From assembly GCA_965112735.1 (NCBI GenBank), contig OZ218950.1:1674001-1738000 (forward strand): a DNA stretch of 64,000 nucleotides, given 5' to 3'. Under the pieces are notes generated by a model that made no database searches, was not told the origin of the DNA, and was given only the letters and a program-made list of their open reading frames with translations. Source of the DNA: Phaeosaccion multiseriatum. Its lineage: Eukaryota > Protista > Ochrophyta, other classes. Position numbers and translations under genes: made by a program. Within the stretch, counting starts at the first letter, position 1; each line of letters opens with the position of its first letter. Of this stretch, positions 25,757-36,372 are shown piece by piece.

Positions 25757-27764
25757 TTAGGCCGTGAGTTTCTCTGCGATAACGAGCTGTGCTTTGGTGA
25801 GACTGGAGAGATAACTGACCATAAGCAGGTCTTGAAGATTGTCGTCAAAGACACGCGCAAACACCTCTGGTCGCATGCGGGGTACCACCGCCAAGGCGTC
25901 TCCAATCTGCCTGCCGATGTTCTCGTCTGAGTCGATGGTGCCGGCAACCACCTTGTCCACGTAGGAGCAGGCTTGACCAAGCATGCGCTCGAGTCGAGCC
26001 ATTGAGGCCTCCAAATTGGCCTGATGGGCAGGGAGGAGGAGGAGGAGGAGGAGGAGGAGGGGGAGGAGGAGGAAGACGAGGGGGGGGAGGAGGGGAAGGG
26101 GAACAAATAGGCGGAGGACGTACCCACGAAGGGTGTGGGTGGGTATGTACGTAAGAGAGAGAGAGGCGGATATACACCATGCACGGACATGGCACACAAA
26201 TCACGCACACACACGCACACCCGCACGTACCATCTGGCTGTCTACCGCCGCTACTCCCTCGCTCTCCTCAAAAGGCCTGTCCTGCCCCTTGACCATTCGG
26301 TCTATGCAAATCCTCTCCGCCTCGCTACTCTCCAGCTTCACCACAATCTCGCGAAAGACATTGGCCAGAGATTCTCCCGCCACTGACAGGGAGGAGCAGG
26401 AGGGGGGGGGGGGGGGGGGGGGGGGGGAGAAGGAAAGGAAGGAAGGGAGGAAGAGAGGGAGGGAGGGACGGGCGGACGGACGGAGTGAGGGAGGAAGGGA
26501 GGGGGTTTAGGACAGAGGGGTGTGAGGGGGGAGGGAGGGGTGTGAGGGGGGAGGGAGGTGTGTAACTCAAACTCAAACTACTCACCTGCCAGGGGGGAGG
26601 AGGTGTACGCTTTGCAGCCCACCCTATCTCCCTGTAGGGCCGTGTCGACTACCAGGTGCACAGGCATGTCACACTCACTAGTGTAGAACTCGTGGATAAG
26701 GGAGCTGTGAGGGAGTGTGTGGGGGAGGGAGGAGGGGGGAGGTGGGCAGAGAAAGAGAGGTGGAGATAGGCGGAGAGAGACGGGCGAGTGTTCAGGCAAC
26801 ATAGTGGTCAACGAGCTGGTGTATGTGTGTAGGTGGGGGCAGAGATGACACGCATCTGGTTGTGTTATTGTTGATAGGATTGCATGCACAGACGAAACAC
26901 GACACATAAAAGCATACACAGAGACACACACGCACACACACACTCACACACACACACACACACAAACGCGCGCGCACCTATTGTCATTGATGGGACTTCC
27001 CTCGAAGCTCGTGGCGTACCACCCCACAATCTTTTCCCTCGTCGTCACCTTCTGCTGCAGAGCAAGCATGGACTTGTTAAAGTCCTTCCCCACCGCCACC
27101 TCGTCGTTCTTTTCTTGGTGCGGTACTGCGAAGCTGTTCGTTACCTCAACTACATTTCCAGTCACTGGAGTGGAGAGGGAGTTGAGGAGAAGGGAGGGGG
27201 GGGGTGGAGGGGGAGGAGGAGGAGAAGGAGAAAGGGTGGGTTAGGTGGTGTGCAGAGACGACGTGACGACAAGGGCAATACGTAACGCACTCCCTCTCAC
27301 GGGCAGTAGAAGGTTCGCCTGAACCTGTTTGCTCTGTAGCTTTGCTTACTCATTCGTTCAAAGCAATCCGCGTCAGAGTTGTTACTTTGCCTTGCCCTAC
27401 CCCCGCCTCCCATAGTCTCCACATTGGCTGGTAACCATGCCCCCATTTGCAGCCGTCCCCCCCACCTCTCTCTCTCTCTCATTCTCTCTCTCTCTCTCTC
27501 TCTCTCGGGCTGTAGCCGTTCGCCATCTCCGCCATGATCCGTCTCACCTGTGCCTAGCAGGGTCCCAATGACCCTCTCCTGCCCCTCTGGTCGCCGGAGG
27601 TAGTGGTCCAACACAGAGAACAATACCATCGGGTGCACCTTCACCGCCATATCGTGTGAGCTAGTAAGGCACGCCACGTCTGCTCCGACAACAGCACCAT
27701 CGGCGCCGATGACTCGGTTTGGGTCATCAAGGATGAGTGCTCTGCTAATGCTTCTCAGAGACAT
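25757..27764 (-). CDS. EIF3F: Eukaryotic translation initiation factor 3 subunit F (MPN domain), ~5 exons
   Basis: [31 protein letters not shown]; [14 protein letters not shown]; [10 protein letters not shown]; [11 protein letters not shown]; C-term [28 protein letters not shown]. Confidence 0.93.
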
Positions 27765-28947
27765 TGCCGAGGGCGGGGGTCACACTCCAGCGCCAAAAGG
27801 AGATGTGGCAGCTGCTACTACTAGTGCTGTTGGCAATCGCCGCCTCCTTCACTCTTTATGCTTTGTTTGTCCTCTCCTCTTCAGTGGGTTGCCTTTGGAT
27901 GCTTCTGGGAGGACCGAGACAGAAGAGAAGGAGGGAACGAGAGCGTCGCGTGTCTTGAGGCTTTGAAGAGCAAGAGAAAGGCAGAGAGGTTAAGAGCGAG
28001 AAAGTAGACCAACAAGCAAGAGAGAGAGAGAGAGAGAGAAAGAGAGAGGGGGAGAGGGAGAGGGGGAGAGAGGGTGAAGAGAGGGAAGACGGAAGTAATA
28101 CCAATGCCGCCCAAGCCCAGTCCATCCCCAACTTGTAGAGCCGCTGCTACTACTCATGGTACTCCTTACCTTCACAGTCGTATACCTTCTGCAGCTCCAC
28201 ACAACAATGCTGCGTTGCCCTTCTCCGTACTAAATTTAAGCACCGCCCTTCGTCCCTTGCCATCGTTTGGGTCTGGGCCTCCCCGGGGGGCCTTACGCAC
28301 TCGCGACCGGATCGATCGAGACGACAGCGGGCCGAGGAACGAAGGCGGGACGACGGGGGTGGATTCCTTCCTACGGACGCGCAGTTGCTTGCAACGGTCT
28401 TCACAGGACGAAGGTGAGATGTGAGGCTGCAGATGTGGGCGAAGCAGTCCTCATCTGGTAATTTCTGATGTTCCCCCTTTTTGGGATTTTTGGAGAGGAT
28501 GCAGACCATTCCTCGCAGCAGAGGGGCCCTTCAGTCGCAGCCTGTGTGTGTGCACGGGGACTAATGGCAGCAGTGTGCTGAAGAGCGACTCCGTGCGTAG
28601 CAGTTGCCTGGAGAAAGGACTGGAAATGGGGATACGGAAGGAATGACCTCACCGTTTCACGGCTTCGTGGCGTTCTTGCGCCTATGTGCGGGCCTTCCCC
28701 GGCACCACATCTCCTCGCCTCCCTGTGTGCCTGTGTGTCCAGTGCATAGAAACGGACGCCTCTGCATACCTCTTCCGCTGACATATATGTATATATATAT
28801 TCCCTTCCCTGCTCCTTTCCCCACCCACGCTGTCCTCCGCCTCCTCTAAACCGAACGCGAACTTCAGGAGGCCCTGTTAGGAGAGGAGAGGAGGAGGAGG
28901 TTGTGATAGAGTTTGGGGGCGCGCTCAATAGGTAGCCGCCGGTGAAG

Positions 28948-29311
28948 ATGACAATGTCGTCATCGGCGTTGTTGCTCAATCTTGTCCTCTTGGGATGTTG
29001 TTTACTGCACCGGGTTAGCGCCTTTTACTTGCCAGGAGTGGCTCCAACGAACTATGAGGCGGGCAGGAGGGTGGAGCTCAAGGTCAATAAGGTGAGGAGT
29101 GATGCGCGGTGCACTTTTCTATCCACCATTCATAGTTCGTCTTCTTCTAGGTACTCTGCCGCCTGCCGTGCCCCAGCCGTAGCGGTGTGCCTGGAGCTTT
29201 ACTGTTCCGTACTCTGCTTCGACACATACGCTGAAGAGTCCTCCACTGCCACCCCCCCCCCCCCCTGCCCCTCCGTTCCTTTGCTTGTGTGTGTACATAC
29301 GTCTCGTCTCG

Positions 29312-29343
<32 letters not shown>

Positions 29344-32300
29344 GGCCCTCTCTTCCTTCCTTTCCCTTTAGTTGACCTCGGTGCAAACCCAAATTCCGTT
29401 AGACTACTACAGTATGCCCTTTTGCCGTCCTAAGGGGGGCGTGAAGCAGTCCAGCGAGAACTTGGGAGAGTTCCTGACTGGAGATAAGATTGAGAACTCT
29501 CCTTACATGCTCTATATGCACGACCCTTTTTCTTGCAAGGTGAGGGAGGGGAGAGGGGGGGGGGGGGGTGGAGGGAGGGGGATGGAGGAAGAGAGGGGGA
29601 GAGAGAGAGATAAGGGGGCGGCGGGGGGGGGGAGTGGAAGCGGGGGAGGGAGATTGGGAGAGAGAGATTCCTCTAACTCACCTCACCTCACCTCACCTCA
29701 CCTCACTGCCACCTCCACCTCACACACATTGATTCCTATAAGTCAAGTAAATGGCCCTCACCTCACCTCACCTCACTGCCACCTCCACCTCACACACATT
29801 GATTCCTGTATGTCAAGTAAGTTTCCCTCACCTCACCTCACCTCACCTCACCTCACCTCACCTCCACCTCCACCTCCTCCCAGGCGTCTTGCCAAGTAAC
29901 CCTGGATCGACAGGCAGCCAGCAAGCTCAAGAACGCAATCAAGCGAGGCTACCACCACAACTGGATCATTGACAACCTGCCCGTGGCCAGCATCACAGAG
30001 GCCTCCTTCACCACGGAGGAGACCACCTCGTACATTCAGGGATTCCCTGTGGGCAGCATGGAGAAAGGTGGGAGCGAGGGCGTGGGTGTGTGGGTGTGGG
30101 TGAGCGGATGTGTGTGTGTGGGTGTGGGTGAGCGGGTGTGTGGGTGTGGGTGTGTGTGTGGGTGTGGGTGCATGGATGCATGGGTAGGGTGGGGTGGGTG
30201 GGTGGGTGGGTGGGTGCGTACTTGGCCTCTGATTACTGACCACCAGTGACTACGGCCTCGAGCCCCTTCTTCTGACTAACCCCGCTCCCGTTGCGCCGCG
30301 CCCTCCTGCCTCGCTGCCCCCCTTCCCTCCCTCTTCTGCTTCGCTGTGTTGCCTGGCATTACCCTCCCTCTCCCTCCCCTTTCAGATGTGGCTTATGTGA
30401 ACAATCACGTGCATATAATCGTGGACTTTCACCCCTTGAGCGACGAACCCGACCCAGTGGCGAGGGTGGTAGGGTTCTTTGTGGAGCCCTTCTCCGTCAA
30501 GCACACCTTCAAAGACGCCAACGAGTGAGTGCTGTAGGACAGGGGGCGAACGGCGGACAGAGCAAGAAAGGGTCATGGAGGAGGGCGGGGGAGGGGGAGG
30601 AAGAGGAGGAGGAAAAGGAGGAGGAGGAGGACGACGAAAGGGAGGTGGAGGTGGTGGTGGTGGAGGAGGAGGAGGAGGAGGAGGAGGAGGAGGGTAAAGA
30701 GAAGAAAGGGGGATGCATGAGAGGGATAAGTGAAGGGATAAGGAGTCATTTACTGCTTTACCCTTAATTCTTCCTCATACTGCCTTACCACTTCCTGCGC
30801 TGTACCTTAGGGACGGAGAGGACCTGCTGGCACCGCTGTCCACGTGCGACAAAGACACCGTAGGCACCCCCCTGAAGGAGAACGCCCCCCGACAGGTGAG
30901 GCAGGGGGCTTGTGCTTAGCTCTGGGTGGGCCTGTCCCGGAGAGGGGCTTACCCTGAGCGGAGCTAACCCTCTTCCCTCCCCCCCCCCCCCCTCTCTCTC
31001 TCCCCCCCCCTGTCTCCCTCTCTCACTCGCTTTCTCTCTCTCTTCTCTCTCTCTCCCTCCCTCCCCCCCCCCCCCCTCTCTCTCTCCCCCCCCCTGTCTC
31101 CCTCTCTCACTCGCTTTCTCTCTCTCTTCTCTCTCTCTCCCCTCCTCTCTCACTACGACTCTCCCTTCCCCCTTAAGGTGGTGGTGGAGGGCGAAACAGT
31201 GCTCTTCACTTACGACGTGGAGTGGAAGGAGTCAGAGATGCACTGGGCCTCCAGGTGGGATGTGTATCTCAGCATGGACCACAAGGTTCCCAACAAGGTA
31301 CGGGAGTAGTCAGTGAACATGCTGGCTGCCTGTGGCTGCCTTTCAGCCTTCTCTATCTGTTCATCTGTCGCGTGCTTGTTCCTGTATGTCTGTGTGTCTC
31401 TCTCTCTGTCTTGTCCCTCTTGTCTGTGTTGTCTACCCATCTCTGTCTCTCTGTGTCTCACCCATCGTCCCTTTCTCTATCCCAACCTGTTTCCTTTCTC
31501 CCTCCCCTCCCTCCCCCCCCGTGTATTACCAACAGGTGCACTGGTTCAGCATCCTCAACTCTCTCCTCATTGTGCTCTTCCTCACCGCAATGATCTCTAT
31601 GATCCTCATCCGCAACCTTCATCGAGACATTACTCGATACAACCGCATCCCGACCGACGAGGAGAAGGCAGAGGAGAGAGAGGAAACCGGCTGGAAGCTT
31701 GTCCACGCCGACGTCTTCCGCCCCCCAGCAACGTATCCCATGCTGTTCTGTGTCATGGTGGGTACGGGTGTCCAGCTCGTACTCATGGCCCTCATTACCA
31801 TCTTCTTCTCGGCCCTTGGCTTCATCTCCCCTGCGAACCGAGGCTCCCTCCTTGTGGCGGTGCTGCTCATGTATGTCATGATGGGAGCAAGTGCAGGGTA
31901 CACGAGTGCCACCCTATACAAGGTCAGTGAGTCAGTGAGAGGATGGCAGTGGATGGAGGGGAGAGGACTCTCTTTTTCTGTCGTTGTGTGTCTCTCTCTC
32001 TCTATCGCTCTATGTCCATCTCTCTGTCTCTCTCTCTCTCTCTTGCCCACTCACTCTCTCTCTATGTGGACCGGCGCGGAGGACGCGGCAGATGAGATGA
32101 AGCGTCATTTCATCCTCCCTTGTCCCTTTTTGGCCCTTCCCCACCGCTCATGTCCTCCTCCTCCTCGTCCTCCTCCATTTCCCCACTCTCCCACTCCTGC
32201 TGCTGCTGCCGTACCACCAACTGCTGTGCTGTTGACAGAGCTTCAAGGGCCGGCAGTGGCAGCTCTGCACCGTCCTGACGGCTCTGCTGTACCCTGGGGT

Positions 32301-32408
32301 GTGCTTCACTGTGTTCTTCGCACTCGACCTTGCCTCCTGGTCACAGCAGTCCACACAGGTAAGGGAAGGAGGTAGAAGGGAGAGGAGGAGGAGGAGGAGG
32401 AGGAGGAG

Positions 32409-32476
<68 letters not shown>

Positions 32477-33868
32477 GAAGCAGAAGACGAAGAAAGAGAA
32501 CGCCATCCACACATTTATTATGTAACCCCCTCTGACTCAGCCCACCACCCCACACCTGTGCTTGTGTTGTCGCACCACCCTCACCCCTCGTTCCCACCCT
32601 CTCCCACTCACCCCACCCCACAAGGCCGTGCCGTTCTTTGAGATTATCGCTCTGCTGGCGCTTTGGCTGGGCATCTCTCTCCCTCTCGTCTTCCTCGGTG
32701 CCTTCTTCGGCTACAAGAAGGAGCCCTTGGCCTACCCAGTGGTGACTTCCAACATTCCCAGGCAAATCCCGGAGCAAACATGGTTCTTGTGGCCGTCGTT
32801 TACGATTGCCGTTGGTGGTATCTTGCCATTTGGAGCCGTGTTTGTGGAGATGTTTTTCATCCTCAGCTCCATGTGGATGGGCATGTACTACTACGTATTT
32901 GGCTTCACCTTCTTGGTGTTTATCATCCTGCTTGTGACGTGCGCAGATATTACCATGGTGCGTGCGCGAGAGGGAGAGGGGATGGGGGGGGGGGAGGTTG
33001 GGGGTGAGGGAGGAGGAGGAGGAGGAGGAGGAGAAGGAGGAGGAGAAGGAGGAGCAGAGGAAGGGTTCTCTTTGAATGGTCCTGTGCCGTGTGCATGTGA
33101 AATTGGTTGCTTTGTTTCCCCCTAAACTCCCTCCCCGAGACAAGTGCTTGCCTTTGCTGCCTCTGATCCTTTAGTGTGTGTGGTGTGTGTGTTTCCCGTT
33201 CTAACTCCCCCCCCCCCCAACACACACATGCAAACAAACAACAGGTGTTCTGCTACTTCCAGCTCTGCGCTGAGGACTACCACTGGTGGTGGCGCTCCTT
33301 CCTCACAGCTGGCAGCACCGCGGTGTACATCTTCCTCTACTCGGTGGTCTACTTTACCAACCTCAGTTCCACAATGGCCCTGACGTACTTCCTCTACTTT
33401 GGGTACATGTCGATCATCTGCTTGGGTATCTTTATGCTGTGTGGCTGCATCGGCTTCTACAGCTGCCTGTGGTTCAACAGAAAGATTTACTCCTCCATCA
33501 AGGTTGGTACCATAAGAGGGGAAAGGAGGAGGAGGAGGAGGAGGAGGAGGAGGAGGAGGAGGAGAAGGAGGGGGAAGGAGGGGAGCGAGGAGGAGGAGGA
33601 GGAAGAGGAAGAGGTCGTCTCGTTTCGTCTGTATGCTGTGGTGTGCTGTACTGTCCCTTCTCTCACTTTATCTCCTCATCCCACCCCTCCCGCCTCCTCG
33701 CATCTGTGCTCCATCTTCCCTCTCCTCCTCCTCCTCCTCTTCCCCCTCTTCCCCCTCCTCCTCCTCCTCCTCCTCCTCCTCCTCCTCCTCCTCCTCACCC
33801 TCTTCCTCTACCTCCTCCCTCCCCCGCCTACTTCGTCCGCCCTCTTCTCTGTCGAGCAGGTGGACTAA
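28948..33868 (+). CDS. TM9SF: Transmembrane 9 superfamily protein (EMP70/nonaspanin; TM9SF2/4-like), ~11 exons
   Basis: Signal peptide + FYLPGVAP; SENLGEFLTGDKIENSPY; YHHNWIIDNLP; WASRWDVYL; VHWFSILNSL...DITRYN...EETGWKLVHADVFRPP; NIPRQIP; GGILPFGAVFVE; AEDYHWWWRSF; IYSSIKVD* (KxD/E end). Confidence 0.97.
29679..29862. repeat. Intronic ~70-bp tandem duplication built around (CTCAC)n
   Basis: ctcacctcactgccacctccacctcacacacattgattcct(a/g)ta(a/t)gtcaagtaa occurs twice, followed by a further CTCAC run. Confidence 0.85.
30975..31145. repeat. Intronic ~83-bp tandem duplication (pyrimidine-rich)
   Basis: ccctccccc...tgtctccctctctcactcgctttctctctctcttctctctctctccctcc repeated twice. Confidence 0.85.
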
Positions 33869-34740
33869 GCTAAGTTAGCCTAGGGGAGAGGCAAGAGAAG
33901 AGAAGTTGGATGGAAGCCAAGCCAGGGCGGAACAAACAGCCAATGCCCGGTGCATTGCAGTCGATGCCAGTTGGTCTTGGCTCAGAGTTGCTCAGTCCCG
34001 GCCCCTTGTCTGCCTGACTCCGAGGATTATAATGTTTCTTTACGGCGCTCTGGGGGGTGGCGCCGCTGCTGGAGATGAGAGGATGGCTGATGGATACGAG
34101 TAGTTCTACTTCCAAGTAGGAAAAATGGAGGGGAAGTGAAGGAAAGGTGGGGCATTTCGCATATCAACAACGGGTTAGAGGGATGGAAAGGAGCAGCGAG
34201 CCGGAGACAACGAGCAAGTCAGTACGGGTGAAGTGCAAGTGCTGCCTCAAGGGGGAGGAGGAGGAGCAGGGGTAGGAGCAGCGGCAGCAGCAGCAGCAGG
34301 AGGAGGAGGAGGAGGAGGAGGAGGAGGAGGAGGAGGAGGAGGAGGAGGAAGAGGGCAGGAGAGCAGGAGCAGTGGGAGAGTATGCTTGGAAGAACGAGAA
34401 CGGGCGGGGCGAGTGTCTCTGTGCCTACTCTTCGTCGTGGCTGCTGTACTGCTGTATCACCAACTGCTTGGGGGTGCTGGGGCGGGGCAGCGCTGCACAC
34501 GGAAATTGACCATTGGCGTTTTTTTTCTTTTTCAGTTTTGTCTTAGCCGGAAAGGAAAGAAAGATGGATGCAGAGAAGCATACAAACATACACACACACC
34601 ACGCACACTTTTTCTAGTCTACAATTGTGTAAGAGTAATCTCTGACCTAACAGACACGCTCATTTAATTAATAATTAAACACCAAACTACCCCCTTCCAC
34701 CCCAAACAACTGTTTTAGCGAGTTTGAACACACCATCGCC

Positions 34741-34842
34741 CCCTGACAAGGTTCTGGGTTCCAGGTTCTGAAGGGGGTAGGCGGGCAGGTTCCAGGTTCT
34801 GACCGGTTGGCTGGCCAGCGTCGCCTCAGAACCTTGTCAGGG
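34741..34842. mobile_element. Putative MITE, 102 bp, perfect 16-bp TIR (CCCTGACAAGGTTCTG), 3-bp TSD GCC
   Basis: 34741-34756 is the exact reverse complement of 34827-34842. GCC lies at both 34738-34740 and 34843-34845. Internal direct repeat GGTTCCAGGTTCTGA occurs twice. Confidence 0.6.
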
Positions 34843-35354
34843 GCCGAACACCACCCCCCCCCCCCCCCCAAAGTGCGCAAATTACGGACTCCACCGATTG
34901 GTTGGATTGATTGGTTGACTGATCACTGATTGGTTGATTCATTACTGGTTGATTGATCACTTGATTGGTTTCGTTCTCTTCCACCAAAGTATCAGACGAT
35001 GACTTCATCTCTCGCATGGTAAGATTACGTGTGTATGTACAAACACCCTCTCTCTCAATCCTCCCTTCCTCCGCCCCTCTCTCTCTTCGTCTCCCTCTCT
35101 CTGTCTGTCTCCCTCTCCGTCCCCTCTCTCTCTATTTCTCCCTTTCCCTCCCTCTCTCTCTCTCCTGGCCTCGCTACCCTTTCCAAACTCTATACCCCCC
35201 CCCTCCTCTCTTGTACTTGTATCAAAAACACGAATCACCAGAGAAGGCCTATCGCCCGTAGATTAAAATGAATCAATAAAAGGTTCCATCAGCTACCCCA
35301 AAGGATGCGTCCTCTCAGACACACATCCTTATTGTGTTCCTCTTGTCCCCAAGA

Positions 35355-35546
35355 AGGGCAGAGTAGAGTGGAGTAGAGGTATATGGACAGAGGGCAGAGC
35401 AGGGCAAGACTGGGAGCAGCCACGCACAAGACCGAGCCACGTAGGGACTGAATCTCTGCCAGCGGCTTGGTCCTGTGTTTGTGCTGCTCGATCTTGCCCT
35501 GCCCTGCCCTCTACCCAGATACCTCTACTCTGCCCTGCTCTGCCCT
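35355..35546. repeat. Long imperfect inverted repeat (arms ~84 bp, spacer ~25 nt)
   Basis: 35355-35438 aligns with the reverse complement of 35464-35546; mismatches are mostly transitions. Confidence 0.85.
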
Positions 35547-35667
35547 GGTCGCACAGTGACTCAGTGACTGACCCGGTGTGGTGTGATGCCTACCTTGCCC
35601 ACAAACCTCTACGCGACCTCAAGTCACTTGAAGTCACTGCGCCACTCGACTGCGCCACTCCACTCGC

Positions 35668-36334
35668 TCAAGAAGCACTTCCCCATCGACTCTTCTTGCG
35701 CCCCCCTGCTGTATCACCAACCGCTGCATGTGATGGTGGAGCTGGAGGTGGAGGAGGAGGTAGTTGGGGTGGTGGAAACGACGACGGTGCGGACAACGAC
35801 GACGTGGATGATGGCGATGCTAATGAGGAGGATGAAGGTGATGATTGCGATGGTGCCGACAGCGGCGGTGGAGGTGGTAGTGGTGGAAGAGGCGGGGGAG
35901 GGGTGGGTTGTGCATGATGCGGTTGATGATGAGGTACGCCGCCCCATGGAGCGGTGTCTCTGTAGGCTCGCTCCTGACCGCTGAAGGCGTTGGTGCCCGG
36001 TGAGGGCGGCCCAATCGAGCCTTGCCAAGACCCGCTGCTGTTCGACCTCGGCCGTCCATTCTCCGTCCCTGCTCCTGCTCCTGCTCCTGCTCCTCCCCCT
36101 GGTCCTCCTATTGTGCCCTTGACGAAATTTATTCCTCCACCACCTCCACGTCCCCCTCCTCCTCCTCCTCCTCCTCCTCCTCCTCCTCCTCCTCCTCCTC
36201 CTCCTCCTCCTCCACCACCACCACCACCACCACTGTAGTGGGTGTGGCTGTGGCTGTGGTGGTGCCGCTCCCCCTGGCCTTTCCTCGCCAACTTCTCTAG
36301 CTCTGGGGACACAGTTTGACCCGCGGCCTGAGAG

Positions 36335-36372
<38 letters not shown>

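Noticed and set aside
27803-27958. 51-aa hydrophobic ORF MWQLLLLVLLAIAASF... with basic tail
   Set aside because: Starts 39 bp from the eIF3f ATG on the opposite strand, probably within its 5' UTR/promoter; no family resemblance
28150-28979. Minus-strand ORFs between eIF3f and TM9SF
   Set aside because: No recognisable motif or consistent exon chain; a small gene cannot be excluded
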